20,000 bases of DNA, from assembly GCA_000934665.2 (NCBI GenBank), contig JYFJ02001534.1:56770-76769 (forward strand), written 5' to 3'. Positions 1 through 10,749 of this stretch are shown one piece after another. Every line of letters begins with the position of its first letter. The stretch's first letter is position 1. The notes under the pieces were generated by a model that searched no databases, was not told the DNA's origin, and was given only the letters and a program-made list of their open reading frames with translations. A program made the position numbers and the translations under genes. The stretch comes from Catajapyx aquilonaris (lineage: Eukaryota).

Positions 1-317
1 GCCTTTGATATGCTACACCCATCTCGCCTCCAGGATTGATTAACCGGTGGCAAACAGCCAATTTATTTCCTCCCTCCTCCTCCCCCGGCTCCTCCCCACC
101 TCTATGCCCTACCCCTAAGCCTCCTCAGGAGTCCCACCACCTCAGAGGTATGGCTTGACTCGAACATTCTGCAATTGATTGCTCCGACTTGCAATATGTC
201 CTCGTACTCAAGGGGTCATCACCTGGCAACAGTACATAACTTACACTCATCAATATTATGGTGATACGTACAATATTTCAGGATTTTTTTAGACGAAACT
301 AATATGGAGATATTATA

Positions 318-640
318 TTTTTAGACTTTTAGACTTTTTCGAGAAAAAAGGTCTTATAGATCGGCTGTCTGTCTGTCTGTGGACAGGTAACAGACAGACA
401 GAGTCATGCTATAAGATTTTTTTCGATTTTCGGGTTCCGGGTTCACTCTATCCTCCCCTTCCCCCTGGCTGCCCCCTCCCCCACCGCCCCCTACCCCTGA
501 CCGCCCATTTTCCCCAGACCGTCCCTTCCCCCCCCCCCTCCATCCTCTACCCCATGATACCTGATACCTATCCACAGACGGACGGACGGACAGAGTCGTG
601 CTATAAGACTTTTTTCTATAGATGAGAAAAGGTCAAAAAG
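318..640. mobile_element. Cluster of Helentron-associated (DINE-1/HINE-like) element ends
   Basis: The module AAAAA(G)TCTTATAG..(GTCY)n occurs three times: plus strand 344-392, minus 391-424 and minus 562-616. Two copies are preceded by a short stem-loop (AGACTTTTT/AAAAAGGTCT; GACCTTTTC/GAAAAAAGTC). A stem-loop followed by a GTCY microsatellite is the DINE-1 5' architecture. Confidence 0.4.
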
Positions 641-648
641 ATGAGTTT

Positions 649-917
649 TTTTTTAAATACCCCGTGATAGGACGGAGCCCTTTTAGGGGGGAAGGGGAGG
701 TTCCCGAGGGAGGGAGGGATAGTCATTTCTGACTTTCTGAAAGATACCAGCCCTTTTCTCATGGCCCTGGGCAGAGTAGGGAGTGCAATTCTGTCCCGGC
801 ATGTCGGATGAAAAGCGGAAAAAGACCCGGCCAAGCAGAGGTGACGGGGATGGGAATTGAACCCCGGCCTCCCGCTTGGCTGGCCAGTGGCGTAACCACC
901 AGACCACCATGCCTCCC
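649..917 (-). mobile_element. Full-length tRNA-derived SINE with poly(A) tail and 16-bp TSD
   Basis: A box TGGTCTGGTGG (906-896), B box GGTTCAATTCC (863-853) and an A-tail near 646-654. TCAAAAAGATGAGTTT is repeated exactly at 633-648 and 918-933. Confidence 0.88.
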
Positions 918-1249
918 TCAAAAAGATGAGTTTGCGATAGGATAGATTTTTTTTATAGAGGAAAGAGGCGGTCTGGGGGTGGGAGGAGGGAGGTGGAAAA
1001 GGGTAAGTCCACTTTTGGTCGAAAATGAGTTATGGATAGTTTCAGTTTCAGTCCCAGTACCGTGACGGACGTTGGTAACAATAGCAGCAAACATGAAAAT
1101 ATCTACTCTAATCGCGCTCACGTGATTTGCTAATCTTATTAAATTAATGTATTTATTTTGTGAGGTATTGCCTCCCTAAGTCATCCCTCTGACCCCTAGA
1201 GTCACGATAGGGTCGTGGTCATGGTCTAACATAGATTGCCAACAACATA

Positions 1250-1577
1250 TTTTTTTTTTTTGCATTACCCCATTGGGATTTACCATATCCTTTAGGGGGG
1301 TGGATTACCACCATCGGAAATTGGAGCCATATAAGAAGATCTTATTTAATTACTCCAGGGTAGGTAGGAGGGGATGTGCAAAGTGCAAGTGCAATGTCTC
1401 TGATCGTCATTTTGTGAACTCCCCCGGGTGGCTTAGTCTATCGGAAATTGCCACCCGAAATGAAGCCAGAGATGGCCCAACTCTGCACGGATAAAGGTGG
1501 GAACCCCGGGTGGGGATCGAACCCGGGACCTTAATATCCGTGGGCGCGAGCGTTACCGCTGCGCCACTTCACCTCCC
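1250..1577 (-). mobile_element. tRNA-derived SINE (second family)
   Basis: 5' end GGGAGG, A box TGGCGCAGCGG (1566-1556), B box GGTTCGATCCC (1523-1513) and an A-tail at 1250-1261. No clear TSD. Confidence 0.82.
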
Positions 1578-1859
1578 TAGTTATTTATAAGACTAGCCTC
1601 ATTCTAGGCCATCTCACGACTGACTACAAACTTCCACGCCTCCTTCTAGGTCCACCCCCTACATCCCCACATCCCGCCATCTCTTGGCAAAACGGCTACA
1701 TTCTCCCTAACTCCATCTTGAGGATGCAGAGGACATCAAAATTTTCATTTTGAAAGGTTATAGCGCGGAACTTTTTTTTTGACCCATCGTAGTGCAGGGA
1801 TACCCAGTCCATATTACCCAGAATTGAGCTGATTATGTCACGTACATCCATATTTGACG

Positions 1860-2670
1860 TCAATGGAGGGTCAGCGATACTGAGCTGGACAGATATTCAC
1901 ATTTTGAAAAAGCATTGTTCCCATTCGGGAAGTTGTGCCCAATGCTTCATTCGTTTCAGATGTATGGAGCTAAATCCAGGAGGGAATTTAGGGCAGGCGA
2001 GACTGGTTTTAATCTCGTGACAGGTGATGCATGGTCTGCGTATATGATTACCTTGCATTTCCAACGCATAGCCATAAAAATTGATTCTAGCTGCAGGACC
2101 ACTCGTGGCATTTGTGACAAGCCATCTTCTACTAATAATAGGGAAAAAAAAGAGCAAAAGTCAAAAATGGTGTTTGAATTGACTTGGGGAAATCTCGTCA
2201 AGCGATGGTCACTTTAGTGCAAGTAGATTAGTTAAATCAAGCAAGGCATTTTTTTAAATCATTATTGTTCGCAGGTCAGTCAACCTTACATGATGAAATA
2301 GCATTGGGTCGATCCATTTCTACCTAAAAAAGAGCCAGGCACGTGAAGACCAGCTTTTATTGTCCTCCACTTTAGCCACCGTGTGCACGCATCTGAATCA
2401 GGTCGTCCTGATGTAAACAGTCCGTGTCACATCTCTATCACGTTTAAATTACGTCTTGACCACGTCTCCCCTCCCCCCACCCCCGTAGCACCTAATATCG
2501 TCCATTTCCCGAGTGTTGAGTCGAAGGCGGCATGTAAATATTTAAACTGGCAGCGGTAATCCGTAGGGCATAATTTCATGTGGTGCACAGTAAGGCTAAG
2601 CCTGGTAATAGCGTCCCCTCAGATGTGGTTTGAAAGAGCAGACGAGATCCTTGGGCTTAGTAAATGAGCA
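1860..2670 (-). pseudogene. Decayed Ty3/Gypsy pol fragment (RT + RNase H)
   Basis: Motifs appear in the expected order across stops and frameshifts: FTKPKDL (~2664-2644), MPYGL (2571-2557), MDDIRCYG (from 2505), SFLG (~2330), KVIIYADH (2054-2031) and RMKHWAQL (~1953-1930). These correspond to FSKxDL, MPFGL, YxDD, SFLG, YTDH and RxxRW. Confidence 0.6.
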
Positions 2671-2834
2671 CACAACACGGACCCTTCCGGCAACGTCCAT
2701 CTTTCTAGTTCAACCTGTTCCAATCATCATTCTTCACCAGCTGGTCATTTTTGTAACCCGAAACTGACCTTATATCAGTGGGGCTTAACGTCGGTCTATT
2801 TCTGCTACTAAAGCCAGGGGGTGGTCCTCCTCTT

Positions 2835-2955
2835 GGAAATTTGGCCACTCCGGGGATCTTTAACGTGCACTCGCGCAATGTCACAAGCACACGGGACCGA
2901 CGGATTTACTTCCCCTCCGAAGGAAGGCTCCACTCTCACTTTTCCCCATTTTGAG
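2835..2955 (-). mobile_element. Deu/Nin-domain SINE fragment (tRNA head not seen)
   Basis: The minus strand reads TCCTTCGGAGGGGAAGTAAATCCGTCGGTCCCGTGTG...GCACGTTAAAGATCCCC...GGCCAAATTTCC. This resembles, from memory, the conserved central Deu/Nin domain of metazoan SINEs. Boundaries are approximate. Confidence 0.6.
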
Positions 2956-5871
2956 ATATTGAGCATACGTCACGTTTTGTGGTTAAATAATGAATGGGTC
3001 ATGCGTTTTTCCTAGTTTTAAATGGTTTATTTTCTTCGAAAGGGCGCTGCTTGCCAGGGAAAGTTCTATATCATGTGCTTGTCTGAAAGTTGCTTCCTCA
3101 TTCAGATTTTCGACCATTACTTTTCTTGTTTTGGGCCCTTGTTGGCATTTTTTTGTCGAGGGGCTACACATTTGTAAGCTAATCCGTGACAGACTTGCTA
3201 AATAGTGCTCAGTATGCATTTTCCTGCAGTGTTATGGGATCCTTGCTGTCACATTCTAGTCAGCCATTGGAATAAAGTTGTTTGTTGATTTACAGAACTT
3301 ACATTTCATCATTCTGATATGACAATATTATTGGGGCAATTTTTAGAGGTATCGGTATGAATAGTTCCTCACAAAATTACCACAACATTGCATATTGAGG
3401 AGACTTATATTGTACAGGGTGTTCCATAATGATTTCGTCACACTTTTAAAGGAAACATCTGGTAGCCAGAGGATTAGATGAAACATATTGACTTTTCAAA
3501 GGTGTGAATGACGCAATCATTGTTGTTATAACTAAGTATCAATGACAATTGTGATGTCATTTGAACAGTAAAAAACCTGAGGTGTCATTTGGTCTCCGCA
3601 GCTAAGTTACTGTGCTAATTAGTATAAATCAAAAGTTCATTATACAGGACACTGCTTAATATATGACATATACACCACCTTGACGACTGCCTACTACACC
3701 TATAGTCTCAGTGTAAATTAATTCTGCATAATAAAACTTGCACTTGAAAATGAAAAGGCAAGGTCGCTTGTAAGGACGCATACCTGCCAGGTTATTTCAC
3801 ATCTTGTGTCTGAACCCCATAATTACGGTAGACATTTATAATGTCAAGTAATCCTCTGGTGCACCAGGTTTTACCCTGGAAAGCCTAAATAATTTTTAAA
3901 AACCAATCATATAAGCGAAATTATTTTGTCCCTATCTGTGATAGGTTTCAGGAGCCCCCAACTAAAGGCATTTAGGAAGCCTACAAAATACTACCTATCT
4001 TCGACATAGACGGCTTCAACATTTAGGGAGGAAACCTGGGGGTCGTAAAATATAAAACTGCTTTTCTAACTCTCGACTGGTTTTGTCACTCTTGATGAAA
4101 TGTTGGGTTACAGCTCTCTTTCTTGACACCACATTTAGCACGCGTATTTTGGGCATTGTGGTTGACCACTGAGACGGGTTTTTGACCTATCCTCCCCCAC
4201 CTTCCATCCCCTCCCCACCCTGAGTCGTGCCACTGCTGTATCAGTGAAAACACGCCAGAACTTTTGCTTCGCTTCACTCTCCCCCATTTCGCTTGATGAA
4301 TTTTTCACCAGTTTATAAGTAGTTGGGCCCGGAACGCACATATAGCATTTTCCCTCCCCCCCCTACTGCCTTTCCCCTACCCATCACCGCCACTACTTCA
4401 TATCTGCCCCATTCGGCGTCATGCAAAAATAAACAGGCTTAAAAAGGACGCCATGTCAAGTCCAAACTTTGAATCCCCTGCTATGCCACTTAGTTGCTGC
4501 TGTGTGTATACCGCTAGCCAGCGCCGCAGATTACGAATGTCAACACGGACCGTTCATTTAAGTCCCACTCGGTTTCATGTACACTACAGAGCAAAAGAAA
4601 AAACCGGAGTTAGATAGAATGCTGTTGATGGCCGGAACTTTTTTTGACATATGTATTACATATTTGTACATTGGAAAAACCCCAAAATGGTTCAAGTCCT
4701 CAAAACTAATACAAAAAAATGTATTGAAAAATCTCATTGATTGAACTAACCAAAGCAAACCTATGTTTGGCCGAACCTGTTATTTTGGTTCGTTCAACTA
4801 AATAATTTTTTGAGTGTACATACTCGTCGACAATGTATGGGAATATCCGGGGATATAAACAACTAACGGCCAACATAACCGCAGAAAATAACTCTAGCGC
4901 GTTATGTGCTTTTACTCATGTTGTCACGTAATCAGTAAAAAATAATATGTTTGTCGCCAACACATGTTTGGCCGCATAAATCCTTGGCTAAGTAGCGTAT
5001 TACCGTCCCCAGCGTATGACCAATCATGCCTTTTATCAGCAGGCATTATGGTTAGCTCTACACCATAGACAGCCCACCGGCCATAATTGATTGATTGATT
5101 AGCACATTCCGGTTATGACAAGTGGCAGGGTGACAACAAGACAAATACATCACCATACCAAATTAGGGCCGCTGGATGTGGGGTAGTTAAAACGAGCTGT
5201 ATTTGACAACATGGGGTAGTTTTGTATTGTCCAGTAGTGGTACTTCGTCACAGAATCGAGCACCCCCCCCCCCACACCCACATAAAAATGGCCTAATTGC
5301 AGGCTCTATGCAGATTTTTTTTTTTGTTGATTTCATTCCACCCCTAGCAACCCATTCCCCCAGTGGGAAAGTCACTCTCAGAACCCTATACGTATGGATT
5401 GGGAATTACTTCCGGAATGACTGCTCTTTTCACAGCGATGGTTAATGAAATTTTGAACTGCTGACAGCGGGATTAGAACTGGGAATGATTGATGATATTT
5501 TGGACGTTAATAACGTTGACAGTCGAGAGATCCATTTTCATATCAGCGGGACACCCGAAAAAAATAGATATATAATCTTACAGAAAGTACTTCCGGTTCT
5601 AATCCAATGTTCTCACCCGGTAAAGGTGACAAATCACACGACCATGTTTGAAAAAAAGGGGGGGGGGATTATTTCTGGGATTTTTCGGCGATTAACCAGG
5701 GGTTCCCAGGTTTTAATTAACAGCTATGGCGCGTTAATTTTAATTTTCCACCCTGCTATCCGCGTTAAAAAAAGTTCAAGAAGTTGCTCATGTCGTGCAG
5801 TTACTGTTACAATTATTATAGTTCTTGTTACTAGCTAATTTGGCTGCCGCATAAAATTGTTTCAGACAGAA

Positions 5872-5902
5872 ATATATATATATATATATATCTATATATA
5901 TA
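5872..5902. repeat. (TA)n microsatellite
   Basis: About 15 TA units with one C interruption. Confidence 0.95.
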
Positions 5903-5929
5903 TTTTAAATTTATTCCCTTCACAATGTA

Positions 5930-6069
5930 CTATGTGGCTCAAATTCTTTTGGCTACTTTATCCTGGTTTTGAAGCAACCGTTCTCACACACACTTCCTCA
6001 CCGTGGGGCATGTGCGAAGGGTTGCTTCAAGACCAGGATAAAGTGGCCAAAAGAATTTGAGCCACATAG
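5930..6069. mobile_element. Palindromic MITE, family B copy 1
   Basis: 59-bp arms (5930-5988 and 6011-6069) with 4 mismatches and a 22-nt loop, flanked by TA on both sides. Homologous to 8724-8853 and 13668-13804. Confidence 0.85.
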
Positions 6070-8618
6070 TATACCTTCTTGAGGGAAAATTGTTTTAGAA
6101 AGTATCATTATGTAAGTGAAGTCAACAGTTGTTAGCAACCATTTGCACTAAAACTCTTATTTTATAGACGTCCCACCCTTGTTACACTAGTCGACTTTTC
6201 CATCACATTTTAGACCTTCCCAGAGTTTCCCCTACCCTGTCACATCAAGAGCATAATGTTTCACTACATGGTCTGACCAGACCGTTGCCATGAAACACTC
6301 CCTCCGGCCCTCCTCAACCATGGAACAGTTTAGAATTCAGATATTAGGATTAGAAGCAGACAGAAGTAGGGGTATTTCCAGGGCTGGATGGCCCGGAGGC
6401 TTCCGTTCCGGTCGGATCGATCCGGTCCTTTAGGATGAGGGGGCATCCAGGAGACTTGGGCTGCGAAGTTGCAGGTGCGCTCGTCCCCTTGATGATGCTC
6501 CTCTTCATGATGGTCGGGGGATAGGCTGGGAGGTAGGGGGGTGGGAATCAGGGTGGGTGAGGACTGCCTAACGACGCTTTCATCAATACCCCCTCCATAA
6601 TGATGATGGGCTGGGAAATGGCAACGGATTCATAAAGAGTTATATTTTCCAGAGTTGAATTTGGTGGGAAGTTCTGTTGGCATTCTGTACCTTAGGGACG
6701 CTACCGTGCTGGCGCCACAGTACGGGAATTTTCAACCACGTGTGTAGGCAGTAGGGGAGAGGTTGTAAAGGCAAGCTTCATATTTTTAAGCAATCTAGTC
6801 AGGCGATTGGTGATGAAGAGTTACGGGGTTGGATTTTAGCTACCCCCAAGTGGTGTGGGGGACATGATATCGATATTTTAACTATTTTTATTGCCATTCC
6901 TGTATGTTTCTAGTGGATGTATAGTACATAAATATGGCAGGGGTATAGTCTAGCAGTATATGAATGGTTAGGCGGAGTGGAAAAGTAGGGAAGCTAGGAG
7001 TTTTTAAATTACCCCCACTTTTCATTCGTGAGAGCGGTACATTGCTGGTTTTAAAAATTAAAGGCCACTAAGTTCTTCCTTCAAAAGAGGAAACTTATGC
7101 ATAGTGGGCTAAATTATTGTAAAGACAAAGTTTGAATTACGGCTCTGAGACTTGAGACATAAACGCTGAGCGTCAAAGTTAGGGGTTGGGCCGCTTTTGA
7201 TGGGAAAGCGCATGTGGATGTAATGTCCACCCACGCTGCAGGTGACCCAGGGTTCGTGATGGTTGGAACGAGGTGTCATTGGGAGCAGAGCCATATAAGC
7301 ATCCTAAAAAGTACTGTGGGAGGATGGTTATATAGATTTTTTTCCGCGTGGGATTTCCTAAAGATTTCTTCCAACAAAGAAAAATTTATCAGTGTGGGTT
7401 GAATAAAGGAGTCCTTCGAGTGATTCCCCTAAGATTCAATTCAATGGAGTATAGCAAATGACAGTCAACCCACGCTTTCTATAACAAATTAATCTCGAGT
7501 ACAACGTCATTAAAGGTAATAGTGTCAAGTACCTATCATATACGACACCCTACCTGAAAGGGTACACTAATGGAAGCCTTCAGGTATTCCCTAAGCGTGC
7601 TGTAAATTAGATAAATCCTGTCGTATCTGAAGAAAATCCTAAGGATCCTTAACCCCTGGCAATAGGAAGATTAGGATGGGCACAGACGGCACTCTTGACT
7701 AGTGGTGACTTTCATCCCCCCTTGAGGACCAGCTCCAATCACGGGTATTAGTACCACGTGTGATTTTTTTTCCTCCTTTCCTTCTCTTTCTCCCTGTCCG
7801 TTCCTAAGAAGGAAAATCCCAGCACAGTGGATGTATAGGCTTTAATCGAGTTGGAGAAGCCGTAAAGGCGCTGATTTGGGGGAGGGTTTCCCCAAGAGGA
7901 AGAGAAAAGGCTTCAGACAAGTCTTGTGCAGTTTTGTGGAGGAGGAGGAGAAGAGAGGTGTTCGTGCCGGCCTCGGGGCGACATCTGGCTTGATGAAAGG
8001 CCCAAAGAGAACTCATAAAGCAGGGACGTGAGAGCTGCAAAATTCCCCCCAAGCCACTGCCCCCCCCTCCCCCAAGCGCCCCTCTCCTGGCCCACCAATT
8101 ATTACAAGCACACGTGCTGCTTGCACGGATCGTGTCCTGGGGAGGAATTCTACTTGCTCCACTTGGGCCTTTCTGCCCATTTTCCGGCACTATCATTCCC
8201 TAAAGTGTTGCGTCCCCTTTGACTTTCTTCGTCTACAGTGGGCCGACTATCAGTGGAGTGTCACTAACTCATCGCCTGTGGGACCAGAATATAGTCTGGC
8301 TAGAGATGCGCTGAGGTTATCGCTAGAGGTGGTCTTATGGCAGCGTGACTGAGGTTCAGGTTTAAAAGTCTAGCTCTATGATATGCTGGAGAACGGCAGT
8401 ACGGCTCAGGCAACGTAGCAGAGATTCAAGGATTTTTTGAAAGTGGAAGGAAAATTGAATATTATTTTGGGTTATTCTGGACATCTCGTAAGGCCAGAAT
8501 AGCAGATTTTCTGTAGAATTTGACAAATGCACGCGGAGAGTTCATGGCGTCACCGGGGGTGCGCTGCTGGGCATGGATGCCGCCATGTTTGGTACACATC
8601 AAGCTTGCTGCGTCTCTG

Positions 8619-8721
8619 TCATCAGTCAGAAAAGTTTTGGCCAGGTGTATCCTGATGTTAGGCAACCATCAGCACTGTTGATCTCCAGGATACGTCTGGC
8701 CAAACCTATTTTGACCAATAG
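8619..8721. mobile_element. Palindromic element A (103 bp)
   Basis: 36-bp imperfect arms at 8619-8654 and 8686-8721. The core GTCAGAAAAGTTTTGGCCAGGTGTATCCTG matches the reverse complement of the other arm at 25/30 positions. Confidence 0.7.
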
Positions 8722-8723
8722 TA

Positions 8724-8853
8724 CTATGGGACTCAAATTGTTTTGGCCACTTTATCCTGGTCTTGAAGCAACCCTTCGCACACACCGTGGGGCCTGTGCG
8801 AAGGGTTGCTTCAAGACCAGGATAAAGTGCCCAAAACAATTTGAGTCTCATAG
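8724..8853. mobile_element. Palindromic MITE, family B copy 2
   Basis: ~59-bp arms with a 12-nt loop. TA flanks at 8722-8723 and 8854-8855. Confidence 0.85.
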
Positions 8854-8855
8854 TA

Positions 8856-8996
8856 TCAACAGTGCAAAAAGAACTGTCCCAGTCATCCTGACGTGTGGGC
8901 TGGCCGCTCGACACACACCATGTAAGTTACATGGTGTGTGTCGAGTGGGCAGCACACACATCAGGATGACTGGGACAATTCTTTTTGAACTGATGA
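8856..8996. mobile_element. Palindromic element C (141 bp, 1-nt loop)
   Basis: 70-bp arms centred on G8926 (CGACACACACCATGTAA-G-TTACATGGTGTGTGTCG). TA flanks at 8854-8855 and 8997-8998. Confidence 0.8.
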
Positions 8997-10749
8997 TACC
9001 ACTGGGCATTCTGCAACCTTGTTCTCTATCTTCGCCAACTCGTTGTGACCTTAAGTAATTAGCAGGACTATGAACACTGGCTACCATCATGATCAGGGTA
9101 CTCAAAAGAACCTCTTGACTTGTTGAATGGTTACAAAAACTTTAGTTCCAAATGCAGACATAAGTCAGCGGCCAACTTTTGGCGGACCTAGGATAGCCCT
9201 GGCTTAATTACATCATTTCCAACAGTGGGAGCCAAGATAGGGGTAGAGTTACAACAGTCTTATAGAACGAGGTGTAGGTGGAAAGGCGGGTGGGATGGAG
9301 GGAGAGGGAGAGAGGCAGGGATGTGAAGAACAAAAGTAGTCTCATTGGGATTCTGCAGTGGCTGCGGCCAGGAGGCAGCACGCGACGTGGTTAGGGCCAC
9401 AGTCCCAATTTATAGAGTAAAATCCTTTTAAGAAAAGGCTTATTTTGTTGGGGCCTGAGTCGAATCAAAAATAGGGGTTTTTTTTAAAGCCTCCCTTTGG
9501 TGTACCTCATTGTATGGGGTTGGCAACAAGACTGCTGTGAGATTTTCCTTCTGCGGTAGTTAAGAGGGTTTCCACTTGGTTTGCAATACAACTCCAGGAT
9601 GAGTTTTTTTTAGGGGTATATAATTGGAGCTATAATTTGATATCCTGAAAGGGTAGGCAGGAGTTCGGGCAGTTTTTTTTGTAGGGCTTTTGTGCACTTT
9701 TGATTGTGCCTTTACGGTTAGTTGCTTGTTGGCGGTTGGTTAGGTCGGAAGTCCACCGCAAAAATTGTGGGCTTAAACAGACAATTAAGAAGATGAATGA
9801 TGCAAAGCAGTGCTCAAAAGAGATTTTGTTAAACTGTTCTTTTGTGTGTAACAATGCTGAAATCCAATATTGTGATAGTAAAAAGGAACCGGTACTTTCA
9901 TTATCTTCGGTCAAGTAATGTGATGATCATTTTGGAACTACGAAAGATGTGGCAGGCTATGGTTAAACATCTTGGTGATCTGGCAATAAAATATGTTCAT
10001 AAAGTAGGCTACAGTTCATAATTAATTCAATTTGACCGTTATGAGTCGCATTTGGCTCAAAACTGAGTTAGACATTGTTTAATGTAGTCCTCAAAGGGTC
10101 TTAGATAATAAATCGTTTCCAGTCTCCTACAGAAATATTTGTAAAAAAATTAATCCCATAAGAGAGAAAGTAATATTCAAACTTCTAATGCTCATACGTC
10201 AAAATCAGCCAAATGTGACTGAAAATTCTGCATTTTAAGTGTTCGTTAATAGAATCTTGCATTTTCATGTTGATACAATGTTTCGAGAAATGTTGGCATC
10301 ATTTGCACATATTACGCTCAAGTTAACTCCAAGACATAGACTATCTTACATTGTATATAGTGGTGCCATCCAAATGAAATAAAAGTCACTTTTAGTGATT
10401 AATCACTGTTCATCATGGTGTCAATATGATTTATACTTAACTGGATGATCATTTTGAAGTGTGATGTGAAAAAGAGTCAGCCTATGATACTGCGCAGGTC
10501 AGAGTGTTGAACAATGTAACATCCCATCCAACTTGCTCACACATAATAAAAATTATGCCCGCATCAGTGCTTTTAGCACGATACGCAGGTTGCTGACATC
10601 AACATAAAGCAACGTCAGTGATGCTGTACATTCACTGTAACCAACTGCATCGTCAAAAAAAATGAATACATCACAACGTTATGATTATTCATGTTTAAAA
10701 ATGCGACATTAAATCAAAAAATTGCAGCTGTTGATGCAGATGGAAACTA

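Larger units (their letters stand above)
6670..9800 (-). pseudogene. Highly decayed non-LTR (APE-RT, CR1/L2-like) ORF2, interrupted by the foldback cluster
   Basis: Degenerate motifs appear in order. APE-like: LSGY ~9645, FLKGFYSINW ~9435-9405, HLHLVL ~9270, LGSH ~9230. RT-like: TPG ~8560, IRPPLAITS ~8338, QARCRPEAGTNTSLL from 7992, DLSEAF 7923-7906, GPQGG ~7730-7716, QDLSNL from 7620, ILGESLE ~7430, LYGSA 7298-7284. C-terminal: RLTRL ~6800 and PYCG..EC ~6725-6678. The catalytic (Y/F)ADD is not recoverable. Confidence 0.5.

Noticed and set aside
840..917. tRNA gene (also 1500-1577)
   Set aside because: A and B boxes are present, but they run into long bodies with A-tails (and a TSD in one case), so these are SINE heads.
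4582..4816. CACT...AGTG element with TA flanks
   Set aside because: Only 4 terminal bases pair. It is probably a repeat remnant but cannot be supported.
8165..8240. RNase H-like KKVKG..GND.A motif on the minus strand
   Set aside because: It needs a frameshift, lacks the other RNase H motifs and falls inside the proposed RT region.
8619..8998. CRISPR array or integron attC cassette array
   Set aside because: There are no direct repeats with spacers, no cassette ORFs and no cas or integrase gene, and the context is eukaryotic with spliceosomal introns.
8573..9105. ORFs of 161, 81 and 85 aa
   Set aside because: They run through the palindromic elements and give self-similar peptides on both strands, so they are artefacts.
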